A stretch of 37,262 nt of DNA from a candidate division WOR-3 bacterium (lineage in GTDB: Bacteria > Hydrothermota > Tepidihabitantia > SM23-42 > JAOAFX01): contig JBDRWI010000017.1 in assembly GCA_039802265.1 (NCBI GenBank), positions 1 to 37,262 on the forward strand, in the 5' to 3' direction. The notes under the pieces were generated by a model. It saw only the letters and a list, made by a program, of their open reading frames with translations, did no database searches and was not told the origin of the DNA. The number at the start of each line of letters is the position of its first letter. Position 1 is the stretch's first letter. A program made the position numbers and the translations under genes. Positions 1-9,441 of the stretch are shown here, in pieces.

Positions 1-2
1 AT

Positions 3-596
3 AAGGTATTGGGGACTGAAGACTATAAGACATTTGATTATGACAGCACAGAATTGGTCTATCATTTAACCCTCCATTCGCCGCATACAAAATACAGGAT
101 TCGCTGGGTCTGGTATCATGAAGAGCAGAATAAAATAAAATTGCAGTTCAATATTGATGATATCTTTCACCATAATAAATGGGTAAAACCAGGAGAAAAA
201 ATAATAGAAGAATCCTGGATTCCTGATGCCTGTATTCATGACAATGAGATTACGATAAAAGTAAAACTCTTAAATGGCACGATTGCAGTCCTTTCAGGAT
301 TTGAGATTTATGCAGAAGAGGTTGGTGGCGGTGGTCCACAGGGTAGCGAGGCATTGCTTACAGTGCCATTTTACCTTGACAAAATATATCCCAATCCGAC
401 AAAAGGAATTTTGAAGATTCGCTACAATTCCCCGGACAATCGCAAAATCACAATCAAAATCTATGATGTCTGCGGCAGGCTGGTGCATAAAGAAAACATA
501 GTAAAATCGAAGACTGGAATTAACGAAGTCTTGGTAAGACCCAAAGGTTTTTCAGCCGGGGTTTATTTTGTTAGACTTGAGTCCAATGGCTATTAA
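3..596 (+). CDS. 3' part of a secreted protein with a T9SS type A (Por)-like C-terminal sorting domain; 5'-truncated by the window and apparently cut short by an in-frame TAA
   Basis: Frame is open from the window edge. A GGGGPQG linker is followed by IYPNP...IKIYDVCGRLV...GVYFVRL, the typical CTD pattern. The frame continues after TAA (594-596) as RVEKVILLR-TAA (597-626). Confidence 0.8.
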   Translation, partial: KVLGTEDYKTFDYDSTELVYHLTLHSPHTKYRIRWVWYHEEQNKIKLQFNIDDIFHHNKWVKPGEKIIEESWIPDACIHDNEITIKVKLLNGTIAVLSGFEIYAEEVGGGGPQGSEALLTVPFYLDKIYPNPTKGILKIRYNSPDNRKITIKIYDVCGRLVHKENIVKSKTGINEVLVRPKGFSAGVYFVRLESNGY

Positions 597-693
597 AGGG
601 TAGAAAAAGTTATTCTTCTTCGTTAAGGTAACGAGGCAATTTTGTAACACGCATTATTCATTTCAAAACATTTTATGATAGTCCATAATTCCT

Positions 694-782
694 TGTCATT
701 CTGAACAAAGTGAAGAATTTTGGTTTTTTCAATTCATTGAGAGTCTTCACCCGCCAAAAAGTATGGCGGGTGAAGAATGACA
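694..782. repeat. Palindromic REP/MITE-like element with 9-bp terminal inverted repeats and an internal 13-bp hairpin
   Basis: TGTCATTCT (694-702) pairs with AGAATGACA (774-782). TCTTCACCCGCCA (744-756) and TGGCGGGTGAAGA (764-776) form a perfect stem with a 7-nt loop. Confidence 0.6.
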
Positions 783-845
783 TTAGGAGTCGGTATCAAA
801 GGCGTGGCTTTTGTTTTTAACAAATATGTTGGCATCCCAGATGTG

Positions 846-930
846 AAGAGCTGTTCGGGACAGGACACTACCGAAGCAATACAAGGTGAGGGAGTCCATT
901 CCCTCGTCATGATATTATGACACAGCTTTT
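846..930. ncRNA. Candidate structured RNA (four-way junction with possible kissing loops); family not recognised
   Basis: Closing stem 846-854/922-930; hairpins 855-858/871-874, 888-893/900-905 and 906-910/917-921; loop GGAC (863-866) is complementary to loop GTCC (894-897). Confidence 0.4.
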
Positions 931-1143
931 TAAGTTTTTTCCCAAAAGCCTGTTCTCTTTCTGCTTTAGAGGGCAAGGAATTTGAAAAATTCCTGCACTA
1001 ATATTATGAGATTTTTCATTTATCCATGCCCGGTTTAAAAATAATTGGCGGGTTAAAAGGAAGATATTCTATTTTTGACTGAATAATCAAACCAGGCATT
1101 TTTGCGGACATAAATTAATTGTTTTTTGATTTAAATAGATTCA

Positions 1144-1171
1144 TTGACAAAGTAGCGGAAAGGGATATAAT
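1144..1171 (+). promoter_or_regulatory. Sigma70-type promoter of uppS-cdsA-rarA
   Basis: TTGACA (1144-1149), 16 bp, TATAAT (1166-1171); ATG 3 nt downstream and GTG 6 nt downstream. Confidence 0.75.
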
Positions 1172-1174
1172 ATT

Positions 1175-1882
1175 ATGGTGCCCGAAATCAGACATGTTGC
1201 AATAATTATGGACGGCAATGGCCGATGGGCAAAGAAGAGGGGATTGCCCAGGGTCGTAGGACATCGTCAGGGTGTGGAGTCTGTGCGGGAGATTGTCAAG
1301 GCAAGCCAGGAGATTGGAATCAAGTATTTGACCCTCTATACATTTTCTACGGAAAACTGGAAGAGACCCAAAGAAGAAGTTGATACACTGATGGATATGC
1401 TTGAAGAGATGCTCAAGAAGGAGACCCCCGAACTTCATAAAAATAATGTGCGGATCAATGCCATTGGCCGATTAGACGATTTATATCCGAGTGCAAGGAA
1501 TGCCTTAAATGCATCACTTGAACTTACCCGGAAGAACTCCGGACTTGTCCTGACACTCTGCTTAAGTTATGGGGGGCAAGGTGAGATTGTTGATGCGGTC
1601 AAAAAGATTATCGTTGCTGACCGCAAGATGCATATCAATCTTGATGAATTTAATGAAGAGAAATTTGCCCAGTATCTTTACGACCCCAGCCTTCCGCCTC
1701 CTGACCTGCTAATCAGAACCGGTGCCGGAAACCGCGAACGGATTTCAAATTTTCTTTTGTGGCAGATTGCCTATTCGGAAATCTATTTTACTGAAACACT
1801 CTGGCCTGATTTCCGGAAAAAAGAATTTTTGAAGGCAATTGAGAACTACAAAAAGCGGGAGCGGCTTTTTGGCGCAGTTTGA
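1175..1882 (+). CDS. uppS: Undecaprenyl/isoprenyl diphosphate synthase
   Basis: HVAIIMDGNGRWA, FSTENWKRP, PDLLIRT and RISNFLLWQIAYSE motifs. Confidence 0.97.
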   Translation: MVPEIRHVAIIMDGNGRWAKKRGLPRVVGHRQGVESVREIVKASQEIGIKYLTLYTFSTENWKRPKEEVDTLMDMLEEMLKKETPELHKNNVRINAIGRLDDLYPSARNALNASLELTRKNSGLVLTLCLSYGGQGEIVDAVKKIIVADRKMHINLDEFNEEKFAQYLYDPSLPPPDLLIRTGAGNRERISNFLLWQIAYSEIYFTETLWPDFRKKEFLKAIENYKKRERLFGAV

Positions 1883-2675
1883 TGATATTTTAAAAAGAAT
1901 AAAGACCGGATTCTTTCTCGTCATTGTGGTAATTGGCGGGATATGGCTTGATAATTTAGTCCTGCCATTATTATTGATGGTTTTTATTACCTTTGCTACA
2001 AATGAATATTTTCGATTCTGGCATCGCAAGGATGTTTATCCCCATACGCTTGGGGTACTATTTCCGTCTTATACAATACCTCTTTTATTCTACTTTGAGA
2101 TCCCTGTTCTCTTTCCCGGTTTTGTTTTATTTTTTTTTATGGTTCTGCTATCGGTGATGAGATTCCCGGGTGCGCGCCGAAAGCCAAATTTTCTTGCAGA
2201 AATAGCCGCTGGCTTACTGGCGGTCGTTTACATTTCTCTTTTGCCTTCAACATTAATTCTATTAAGAAAAGAGGGGTTTCTGGTAGCCCTGATGCCGTTG
2301 CTTTTGACCTGGATTTATGATACCTTTGCCTATATTGTGGGAACAGTCTTTGGTAGACATCGGCTTGCTCCAAGATTGAGTCCTCACAAGTCTGTGGAGG
2401 GAACCTTGGGTGCATTTTTTCTTACCTTTCCTTTCACCCTCTGGTTGAATTCAAACTGGATAAAAAAATTTGATTTGTACGATGGAATATGGATTACACT
2501 GGGAATTGGCGTGCTGGGAACAGTTGGCGATATTTTAGAATCCGGGATGAAAAGGGAAGTGGGATTAAAGGATGCCTCAAGGGTATTCCCGGGGCATGGC
2601 GGGTTTTTAGACCGCCTGGATTCTTTGATTTTCAATATTCCTTTTTTCTATTTATACTACCGATATTATGGATAA
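1869..2675 (+). CDS. cdsA: Phosphatidate cytidylyltransferase
   Basis: Multi-pass hydrophobic protein with SPHKSVEG and GDILESGMKR...KD...PGHGGFLDRLDS motifs; follows uppS. TTG start at 1869 chosen from a GGGAG SD-like sequence; start is uncertain. Confidence 0.93.
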   Translation: MAQFDDILKRIKTGFFLVIVVIGGIWLDNLVLPLLLMVFITFATNEYFRFWHRKDVYPHTLGVLFPSYTIPLLFYFEIPVLFPGFVLFFFMVLLSVMRFPGARRKPNFLAEIAAGLLAVVYISLLPSTLILLRKEGFLVALMPLLLTWIYDTFAYIVGTVFGRHRLAPRLSPHKSVEGTLGAFFLTFPFTLWLNSNWIKKFDLYDGIWITLGIGVLGTVGDILESGMKREVGLKDASRVFPGHGGFLDRLDSLIFNIPFFYLYYRYYG

Positions 2676-3879
2676 GACTCCGCTGGCCGACCGTATAAGA
2701 CCGGAGACCTTTGAAGAAGTCCTGGGACAGGGACATCTCCTTGGTCCGGGTGGTCCCATCAAACGACAGATTGAACAGGGCAGATTATTTTCAATGGTGC
2801 TATTTGGTCCACCGGGGAGTGGTAAGACGACAATTGCCCGGCTTTTTGCCAAAAAATTCTCTGCCGACTTTATCTCTTTTTCTGCTGCAACAAGCGGGAT
2901 TGTAGAGATAAAGAAATTTATGGGAGAGGTAGAGAGGAAGCACGAGCTTTTCAATCGTGATACAATCATCTTCATTGATGAGATACATCGTTTCAACAAG
3001 GCACAGCAGGATGCTTTTTTGCCCTATCTTGAAAAAGGAACAGTCATCCTTATCGGTGCAACGACCGAGAATCCATCTTTTGAATTGAATTCAAGTTTAC
3101 TTTCAAGGGTTAAGGTTTATATGCTCAATCCCCTTTCATTTGCGGATATAAAAAAAATTTTATATCGGGCTTTAAGTTCACCCAAAGGGTTGAATAATGA
3201 ATACGAAATCAGCGAAGAGGCGCTGGATTTTATTGCCAATATATCAGATGGTGATGCGCGGGTTGCACTCAACGCCCTGGAGTTATGTGCCCTGGCCGCA
3301 AAGACAAAGAGAATTGATTTAAAACTCGCCGAGGAGATTGTTCAGAAAAAGGCATTGAGATATGACAAATCGGGTGAAGAACACTACAACCTAATTTCGG
3401 CGCTTCACAAATCCCTGCGGGGTTCTGACCCTGATGCATCTTTATACTGGCTGGCAAGGATGCTTGAGGCGGGCGAAGACCCGTTGTATATTGCTCGTCG
3501 GCTTGTTCGTTTTGCAGTTGAGGATATCGGCAGTGCTGACCCCCAGGCACTGGTTGTGGCAATTGCGGCGAAAGAGGCCGTGGATTTTATTGGTAGACCC
3601 GAGGGTGACCTGGCACTTGCCGAATGCGTGGTATACCTGGCACGGGCAAAAAAGAGTAATGAAATTTATCTTGCCTATGAGGCAGCAAAGGAGGATGCAT
3701 TAAAGACCCTTGCTGAGCCGGTTCCTTTACACATCCGTAATGCACCCACACCCTTAATGAAAAAATTGGGATATGGTAAGGGCTATAAATATCCCCATAA
3801 TTATCCGGATGCAAAGGTAGAACAGGACTATTTCCCCGAAAATCTAAAAGGAAAAAAATATCTTAAAAAAGAAGAATAG
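2668..3879 (+). CDS. rarA: Replication-associated recombination protein A (MgsA/RarA AAA+ ATPase)
   Basis: PLADRIRP, Walker A GPPGSGKTT, IDEIHRFNKAQQDAFLP, GATTENPSF and HYNLISALHKSLRGSD. Confidence 0.96.
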   Translation: MDKTPLADRIRPETFEEVLGQGHLLGPGGPIKRQIEQGRLFSMVLFGPPGSGKTTIARLFAKKFSADFISFSAATSGIVEIKKFMGEVERKHELFNRDTIIFIDEIHRFNKAQQDAFLPYLEKGTVILIGATTENPSFELNSSLLSRVKVYMLNPLSFADIKKILYRALSSPKGLNNEYEISEEALDFIANISDGDARVALNALELCALAAKTKRIDLKLAEEIVQKKALRYDKSGEEHYNLISALHKSLRGSDPDASLYWLARMLEAGEDPLYIARRLVRFAVEDIGSADPQALVVAIAAKEAVDFIGRPEGDLALAECVVYLARAKKSNEIYLAYEAAKEDALKTLAEPVPLHIRNAPTPLMKKLGYGKGYKYPHNYPDAKVEQDYFPENLKGKKYLKKEE

Positions 3880-3912
3880 ATAAACTCCCATAGATAACTG
3901 AACGGGTTGCTG

Positions 3913-3940
3913 TTGACATAGGATATATCCTGTGTAAAAT
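3913..3940 (+). promoter_or_regulatory. Sigma70-type promoter
   Basis: TTGACA (3913-3918), 16 bp, TAAAAT (3935-3940); ATG 6 nt downstream. Confidence 0.7.
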
Positions 3941-3946
3941 GTTTCG

Positions 3947-5323
3947 ATGGATATATTACTCAAGACAATTGCCGAAAATGAGCACATAAATGAAATCAAA
4001 AGACTAACTCAACGGTTGAGAATTTTTTTAGTTGGTGGTGCAATAAGGGATATTTTGCTGGGGATGATGCCGAAGGATTTTGATTTTGCGGTTTGTGGTT
4101 CGGGTATAAAAACTGCGCACATTATTGCCAGAAAACTCGGGGGTACTTTTGTACTTTTAAGCCGAAATGATGATGAGGCAAGGGTGGTGAAGGATGATGT
4201 CATCTTTGATTTCAGTGGCTTTAATGAGGATTTATTGAACGATTTAAAGCGGCGTGATTTTACGATCAATGCAATGGCAGTGAATCTGGAAACCCTAAAA
4301 TTTCATGACCCTTTTAATGGATTAAAGGACTTGCAAAATAGGATAATTCGATTGACCTCAGAAAATTCTCTCATTGCCGATCCCCTCAGGGTATTGAGGG
4401 CTTTTAGATTTTCACTGGAACTTAATTTTAAGATTGATAAAAAATTTTATGAGGTGGCTAAGGCTATAAGTTTAAAAAAGGTAGCGGCAGAGCGGATTGG
4501 TTATGAATTTTTCCGAATAATGTCCTGCCCGGAATCATATAAAGCAATAGTAAAGATGAATGAACTGGGATTATTCGCGCAGATTTTTCCGGAGGCGCGC
4601 AAGATAATCGAAGATAGTTTCTTATGGGGTCATTCTCTGAATACCTACTATGCACTGGAAAGACTTATGCAGGAAGGGTTTTTCGCGGGTATCGAGCCCG
4701 AATTTTCGCAGTATCTTTCCTTACCCCGGCGAAGACCGCTCTTGAAACTTGCTGGATTATTTCATGATGTGGCAAAACCAGATACATTTTTATTGAAAGA
4801 AGGTAATGTCCATTTTTACGGCCATGACACAAAAGGAGCGAAGATAATTGAAATCCTTGGCTACAAACGGCTCAAACTCTCAAGGAGTGATGTTGGGATA
4901 TTGAAAAAACTCGTAAAGGAACATATGAGGCCACACCTTCTGGCGACCGATAATGAGTTGACAGACCGGGCAATAAGGCGCTTCTTCCGGGACCTTGGTG
5001 AGGACTATTTTGGTTCAATGATGCTTGCCTGGGCTGATGGTTATGCAACTGCCGGTAAGACCCGTCACCTTGAAGAAAAATTTTTAAGGATGATTCAGTT
5101 AAAAAGACAGGATGAGGCAAAACCGAAGATTGAAAGGTTGATCAATGGTTATGATTTGATTGCCCTGGGGTTGAAGCCCGGACCGATCTTCCGGATTATT
5201 TTACAGGAGCTCCTTGATATGCAACTTGAAGGCAGGATAAAGACAAAAGAGGAGGGTCTGAAAGCAGCACTTGATATTTACCAGCGGCTCAAGGGGAATA
5301 GTGCTAATGACCCGTCCGCCTGA
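3947..5323 (+). CDS. Class II tRNA nucleotidyltransferase with HD domain (probably CC-adding type)
   Basis: VGGAIRD..DFD, RRDFTINAMA, DPLRVLRAFRF, HD motif LFHDVAKP and C-terminal INGYDL..LG..PGP. Confidence 0.88.
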   Translation: MDILLKTIAENEHINEIKRLTQRLRIFLVGGAIRDILLGMMPKDFDFAVCGSGIKTAHIIARKLGGTFVLLSRNDDEARVVKDDVIFDFSGFNEDLLNDLKRRDFTINAMAVNLETLKFHDPFNGLKDLQNRIIRLTSENSLIADPLRVLRAFRFSLELNFKIDKKFYEVAKAISLKKVAAERIGYEFFRIMSCPESYKAIVKMNELGLFAQIFPEARKIIEDSFLWGHSLNTYYALERLMQEGFFAGIEPEFSQYLSLPRRRPLLKLAGLFHDVAKPDTFLLKEGNVHFYGHDTKGAKIIEILGYKRLKLSRSDVGILKKLVKEHMRPHLLATDNELTDRAIRRFFRDLGEDYFGSMMLAWADGYATAGKTRHLEEKFLRMIQLKRQDEAKPKIERLINGYDLIALGLKPGPIFRIILQELLDMQLEGRIKTKEEGLKAALDIYQRLKGNSANDPSA

Positions 5324-5340
5324 ATTTTTTTAAAGAGTTA

Positions 5341-5368
5341 TTGACTTACCTGCTTTCTTTAATAGAAT
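5341..5368 (+). promoter_or_regulatory. Sigma70-type promoter of mutL
   Basis: TTGACT (5341-5346), 16 bp, TAGAAT (5363-5368); ATG 5 nt downstream. Confidence 0.68.
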
Positions 5369-5373
5369 AGCCT

Positions 5374-7005
5374 ATGGGAAAAATCCGGATTCTTTCTTTG
5401 GAAGTGCGCTCCAAGATTGCGGCGGGTGAGGTAATTCTCAGACCGAGTTCGGTGGTTAAGGAACTCATTGAAAATTCTGTTGATGCCGGTGCAAAAAGAA
5501 TTGAGATTGAGATTGAGGATGGGGGTAAGTCAAAGATTATTGTAAATGACGATGGGATAGGAATGTCAAGAGAAGATGCCCTTTTGTCAGTAGAGCGATA
5601 TGCCACCAGCAAGATTGAAAGAATTGAGGATATTGAACATATTCAGACCTTTGGCTTTCGGGGTGAGGCGCTGGCAAGCATTGCCCAGGTCTCCTATTTT
5701 GAAATGGAGACATCTGATGGAAGGGAAAAGACAAAGATTCAAATTAGTGGTGAAGATAAAAAAGTCAGCGATTCTGAACGGATAAGAGGGACACGCATAA
5801 AGGTTGCCAATCTATTTTATAATCTTCCTGCCCGGCGAAAGTTCTTAAAATCCAGTATTTATGAAAGACGGTTAATCATTGAAATGGTAAAGACCTATGC
5901 CTTGATTCTGCCCGATATTCATTTCATTCTTGGGGAGGTAAATCGCAATATTCTTAATTATCCCCCGGTTACCGAGCTGAAGGAACGTTTGGTTCAGGTT
6001 TTCGGTCGGAACCCTGCCGAAAAATTATTACCCCTGACAATCGCCGTAGATTCAGTCTCCTTTGAAGGATTCTTTTCCCGACCTGATTTTTCTGAGGATA
6101 CCAATTTGAAATTTATCTATGTAAATTCCCGACCGGTGAAGTATCCAAGGGTATATCGCGCAGTCCTTGAGGCATATGGAAATCCAAAGATCCATCCATC
6201 ATTCCTGCTCAACATAAAGGTTGAACCGAATTTGTTGGATGTGAATATTCATCCCACAAAGAGTGAAGTGCGATTTAAAGATGAACGGTACATCATTGAC
6301 CTTTTGGTGCAGGGAATAAAAAGGGATATTTTTAAGACCATAAAGTCAGATGAGATTAGGGTTGGTGAAGAAAGAAAAGCGGAGGAATTGCCGGTTCGTT
6401 ATGTTCAAGAAGAGTTTGTTCCATATCCTAATGAAGTTATACCGGTATCTTCAACTTCAAGAGAGGTGGCGGAGTTCTGGCAATTACACAATACCTATAT
6501 CCTTTCCCAGACCAGTTCTGGCCTGGTGATTATTGACCAGCATGTAGCTCATGAAAGGATAATCTATGAGGCAATTCTTAGCGGGAAGTCTTCTACCCAG
6601 CGTTTACTATTTCCCATTACCATTGAACTGAATGCCGATGAATATGAGGTCTATCAAAAGACCAGGAAAGAACTCAGGTCAATGGGAATGGAGTTTAAAG
6701 AGTTTTCTGGTAGAACCCTGATTATTGATGGAGTTCCCACAGATGTGAAGATAAATAGAGAAGACCTGCTGGGTTTTTTTGGTGAAGTCAAAAACCTCGG
6801 TGATTTAATGTATGAAAAGAAGGAACTGGCGAAGGTTGTATCTTGTAGGATGGCGATAAAGGCGGGGCAGAAGCTTTCCCAGTTAGAAATGCAGAGTCTG
6901 ATTGACCGGCTATTTGCCTGTGAGAATCCTTACATCTGCCCCCACGGCCGGCCGATAGTGATAAAATTGAGCCTTGACGAACTGGCAAAGAGGTTTGGCC
7001 GCTAA
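5374..7005 (+). CDS. mutL: DNA mismatch repair endonuclease MutL
   Basis: IAAGEVI.RP.SVVKELIENS.DAGA, GFRGEALASI, DVNIHPTK, endonuclease motif DQHVAHER, clamp-binding-like QRLLFP and CPHGRP. Confidence 0.97.
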   Translation: MGKIRILSLEVRSKIAAGEVILRPSSVVKELIENSVDAGAKRIEIEIEDGGKSKIIVNDDGIGMSREDALLSVERYATSKIERIEDIEHIQTFGFRGEALASIAQVSYFEMETSDGREKTKIQISGEDKKVSDSERIRGTRIKVANLFYNLPARRKFLKSSIYERRLIIEMVKTYALILPDIHFILGEVNRNILNYPPVTELKERLVQVFGRNPAEKLLPLTIAVDSVSFEGFFSRPDFSEDTNLKFIYVNSRPVKYPRVYRAVLEAYGNPKIHPSFLLNIKVEPNLLDVNIHPTKSEVRFKDERYIIDLLVQGIKRDIFKTIKSDEIRVGEERKAEELPVRYVQEEFVPYPNEVIPVSSTSREVAEFWQLHNTYILSQTSSGLVIIDQHVAHERIIYEAILSGKSSTQRLLFPITIELNADEYEVYQKTRKELRSMGMEFKEFSGRTLIIDGVPTDVKINREDLLGFFGEVKNLGDLMYEKKELAKVVSCRMAIKAGQKLSQLEMQSLIDRLFACENPYICPHGRPIVIKLSLDELAKRFGR

Positions 7006-7006
7006 G

Positions 7007-8764
7007 ATGCCTTTAAATTTGGCGTTTTTGTTTTTATTCAACCAGTCGTTAGGCACTGGAGATTTTGTGCACCGGGGTCTATGGATAAGGGCGATATCAA
7101 TTGTTTCTCCAGATTCTATTCCCCGCATTATTAGAGTAATTGAAGATTTAGATATCACGGATGTATATGTTCAAATGGTTGTTGGTGGTTCAAGTTATTA
7201 TGAATCTCAAATCCTGCCGCGCAGCGAATATCTTGCCCGACATTCGGGAAAAGATTTCTCCCCGATTGATACATTAATTGAATATTGCCAGCGTAATAAT
7301 ATCCGTTTTCATGCCTGGATAAATGCCCTCACGGTCTGGTCATTTTATAAAAAGCCAGATTCAATCAATCATATCTATTACAAAAAGCCCCAGTGGTTTT
7401 TGAGGGATACCTGGGGAAGGAGTATGATAGAATATTCGGGTTATGAGTGGACCGACCTCGGACTGGAGGGATTATTTATCAATCCTGAAGAAAGTGGTGT
7501 AGCAGAATTCCTGAGAGATATTGTTTATGAGATTATGGAGAAATACCGAATAGATGGAATTCATTTTGACTTCTTTCGTTATCCAGGGATATACTGGGGT
7601 ATTGGTGATTCACTCAAGACATCTGTCTTTACTGGAGTGGAGGCCGAAGACATACGGTGGCTAACGCTTACACGCTATCCCCGTCTTTCTTTGTATAAAA
7701 GATGGCTGGTTTATAATTTCTATAAACTTAATAAACTTCGGGAGAAGAATCTTTATTACCTGGCGCGGACTCTCTATCAGGCAATTAAAAAAAAGAGGGA
7801 TATTACAGTTTCCTTTGCGGTCGTTGCCAGTCCCACAAGGGCAAGGTATCAGTATGGACAGAACTGGTGGGAATGGGATGGAGTCTATGACTATTGTATA
7901 ACTATGGCCTACACCCCTGATGTGTTATTATTCAAAGATTTTCTCCAGTTTACATATATGTACCGGCCAACAGCAATAATGGGGATAGGGCTTTTATGGA
8001 AGGGAATGGAGAGTAGCGTGCGGTATCAGCAATATCTTATTTCTCAAAAGGGTGGTAAGGGTTTTTGTCTTTTTGATTTTGCTGCGATTGATACAATGTT
8101 TGATGCCGCAGCGTTAAAGATTGGTAATTCAGTAATCGCGGATACTCTTTATAAAGACACCGTAACTGATTTGCTAACCGATGAATTATTTAAAGAAAAG
8201 CCACCCAGGATATTGGTTGACTCCGGGGCAACTATGACAAAATGGAATGATGATTTGGATTTCTTCCGTTTCCTTTTATCCCTTTCTTTAAATCCCCAGA
8301 GAGACCTTAAAAGAATGAATATCAGTCGTGAAGGTCTATTAGAATATATCCATGACGATGTCTGTGTATTTGAATATATCAATAAGAAGGTTTTTACCGG
8401 TCTGGAAAGGCTTTTAGAACCACCCAGCAGAGAAGTTGTTTATGAATTTTTTCCTTATGAGGATGGTGATACAATTTCGGCAATTAAGCGCGCAAAGGAA
8501 ATAAAGAAGTTATCAAAGAGACGCACCATATATCCAGCATCTATGGACCCGCTCAGTGAAGAGGCCTTTAAGGCAAAGAAGGGCGAGAAAAAGATTACTT
8601 TAAAACGTAGTGGAGTTTATTCATATATTGTCAAAAAGATAAAAGAAGGAGGCAGGAGTGTGATAGTGAAAAAGATAGAGTTGTCGCTTTTGCCTGTATA
8701 TTATTCCTGGACAATAAAGAATCGGTTTATTAAAATAATAGAGGAGGCATATGGAGAATATTAA
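7007..8764 (+). CDS. Putative exported glycoside hydrolase-like protein (GHL10/DUF187 family) with C-terminal extension
   Basis: Hydrophobic N-terminus; RGLWIR, FHAWIN, KPQW, FINP...V and YRIDGIHFDFFRYP match the GHL10 TIM-barrel pattern. ATG at 7007 lies just after the mutL stop. Confidence 0.72.
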   Translation: MPLNLAFLFLFNQSLGTGDFVHRGLWIRAISIVSPDSIPRIIRVIEDLDITDVYVQMVVGGSSYYESQILPRSEYLARHSGKDFSPIDTLIEYCQRNNIRFHAWINALTVWSFYKKPDSINHIYYKKPQWFLRDTWGRSMIEYSGYEWTDLGLEGLFINPEESGVAEFLRDIVYEIMEKYRIDGIHFDFFRYPGIYWGIGDSLKTSVFTGVEAEDIRWLTLTRYPRLSLYKRWLVYNFYKLNKLREKNLYYLARTLYQAIKKKRDITVSFAVVASPTRARYQYGQNWWEWDGVYDYCITMAYTPDVLLFKDFLQFTYMYRPTAIMGIGLLWKGMESSVRYQQYLISQKGGKGFCLFDFAAIDTMFDAAALKIGNSVIADTLYKDTVTDLLTDELFKEKPPRILVDSGATMTKWNDDLDFFRFLLSLSLNPQRDLKRMNISREGLLEYIHDDVCVFEYINKKVFTGLERLLEPPSREVVYEFFPYEDGDTISAIKRAKEIKKLSKRRTIYPASMDPLSEEAFKAKKGEKKITLKRSGVYSYIVKKIKEGGRSVIVKKIELSLLPVYYSWTIKNRFIKIIEEAYGEY

Positions 8765-9407
8765 TATTAACAGGTTCATTGACCAGACAATTTTAAGACC
8801 CGATGTAAAAAAAGATGAGATACTAAAATTTGTAGAGGGTATTAAAAAATATAATTTTTATGCAGCCTGTGTCAATCCCTGTTGGGTTGAGATTGTGCGT
8901 AAGGAATTGCCTGGAGATATCAAGGTATGTAGTGTTGTTGGTTTTCCTTTGGGTGCTACCACTACTCGAACAAAGGTATTTGAAGCCGAAGAACTGGTTA
9001 AAATGGGCTGTGCTGAGATTGATATGGTGATGAATATCGGTCGGCTGAAGGACAGGGATTTTAAATATGTGGGAAAGGAGATAAAGGCAGTTGTTGAAGC
9101 GGGTGCAGGCAGGGTTATAAAGGTTATAATAGAGACCTGCCTCTTGACCAGGGAGGAGATGATTGCTGCCGCCAATATAATAAAAGAAAGCGGCGCCCAA
9201 TTCGTCAAGACATCCACGGGTTTTTCGAAGGAAGGAGCCCGGATTGAGGATGTCAGGATGCTCAGGAAGGTTGTGGGTCCGAATTTCGGAATTAAGGCAT
9301 CGGGTGGAATTAGAGATTATAAGACTGCCCTTGAGTTTATCAATGCCGGTGCCAATCGCATCGGTACCTCAAGCGGAGAAAAGATAATGGAGGAGGCGGG
9401 ATATTGA
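8751..9407 (+). CDS. deoC: Deoxyribose-phosphate aldolase
   Basis: IDQTILRP, VVGFPLG, EIDMVMNIG, KVIIET, FVKTSTGF, KASGGIR and RIGTS. Confidence 0.97.
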   Translation: MENININRFIDQTILRPDVKKDEILKFVEGIKKYNFYAACVNPCWVEIVRKELPGDIKVCSVVGFPLGATTTRTKVFEAEELVKMGCAEIDMVMNIGRLKDRDFKYVGKEIKAVVEAGAGRVIKVIIETCLLTREEMIAAANIIKESGAQFVKTSTGFSKEGARIEDVRMLRKVVGPNFGIKASGGIRDYKTALEFINAGANRIGTSSGEKIMEEAGY

Positions 9408-9431
9408 CTTTTATAATCTGAGCGTTATAAT
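9404..9431 (+). promoter_or_regulatory. Sigma70-type promoter of tRNA-Gly
   Basis: TTGACT (9404-9409), 16 bp, TATAAT (9426-9431); tRNA begins 10 nt downstream. Confidence 0.75.
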
Positions 9432-9441
9432 ATCTCGGTTT

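Noticed and set aside
594..596. Stop-codon reassignment as the explanation for the in-frame TAA
   Set aside because: TAA, TAG and TGA all end conserved genes at their expected C-termini in this window (e.g. mutL and dtd end in TAA).
734..976. 80-aa minus-strand ORF in the first intergenic region
   Set aside because: TTG start, no recognisable motif, and it runs across palindromic elements that explain the sequence better.
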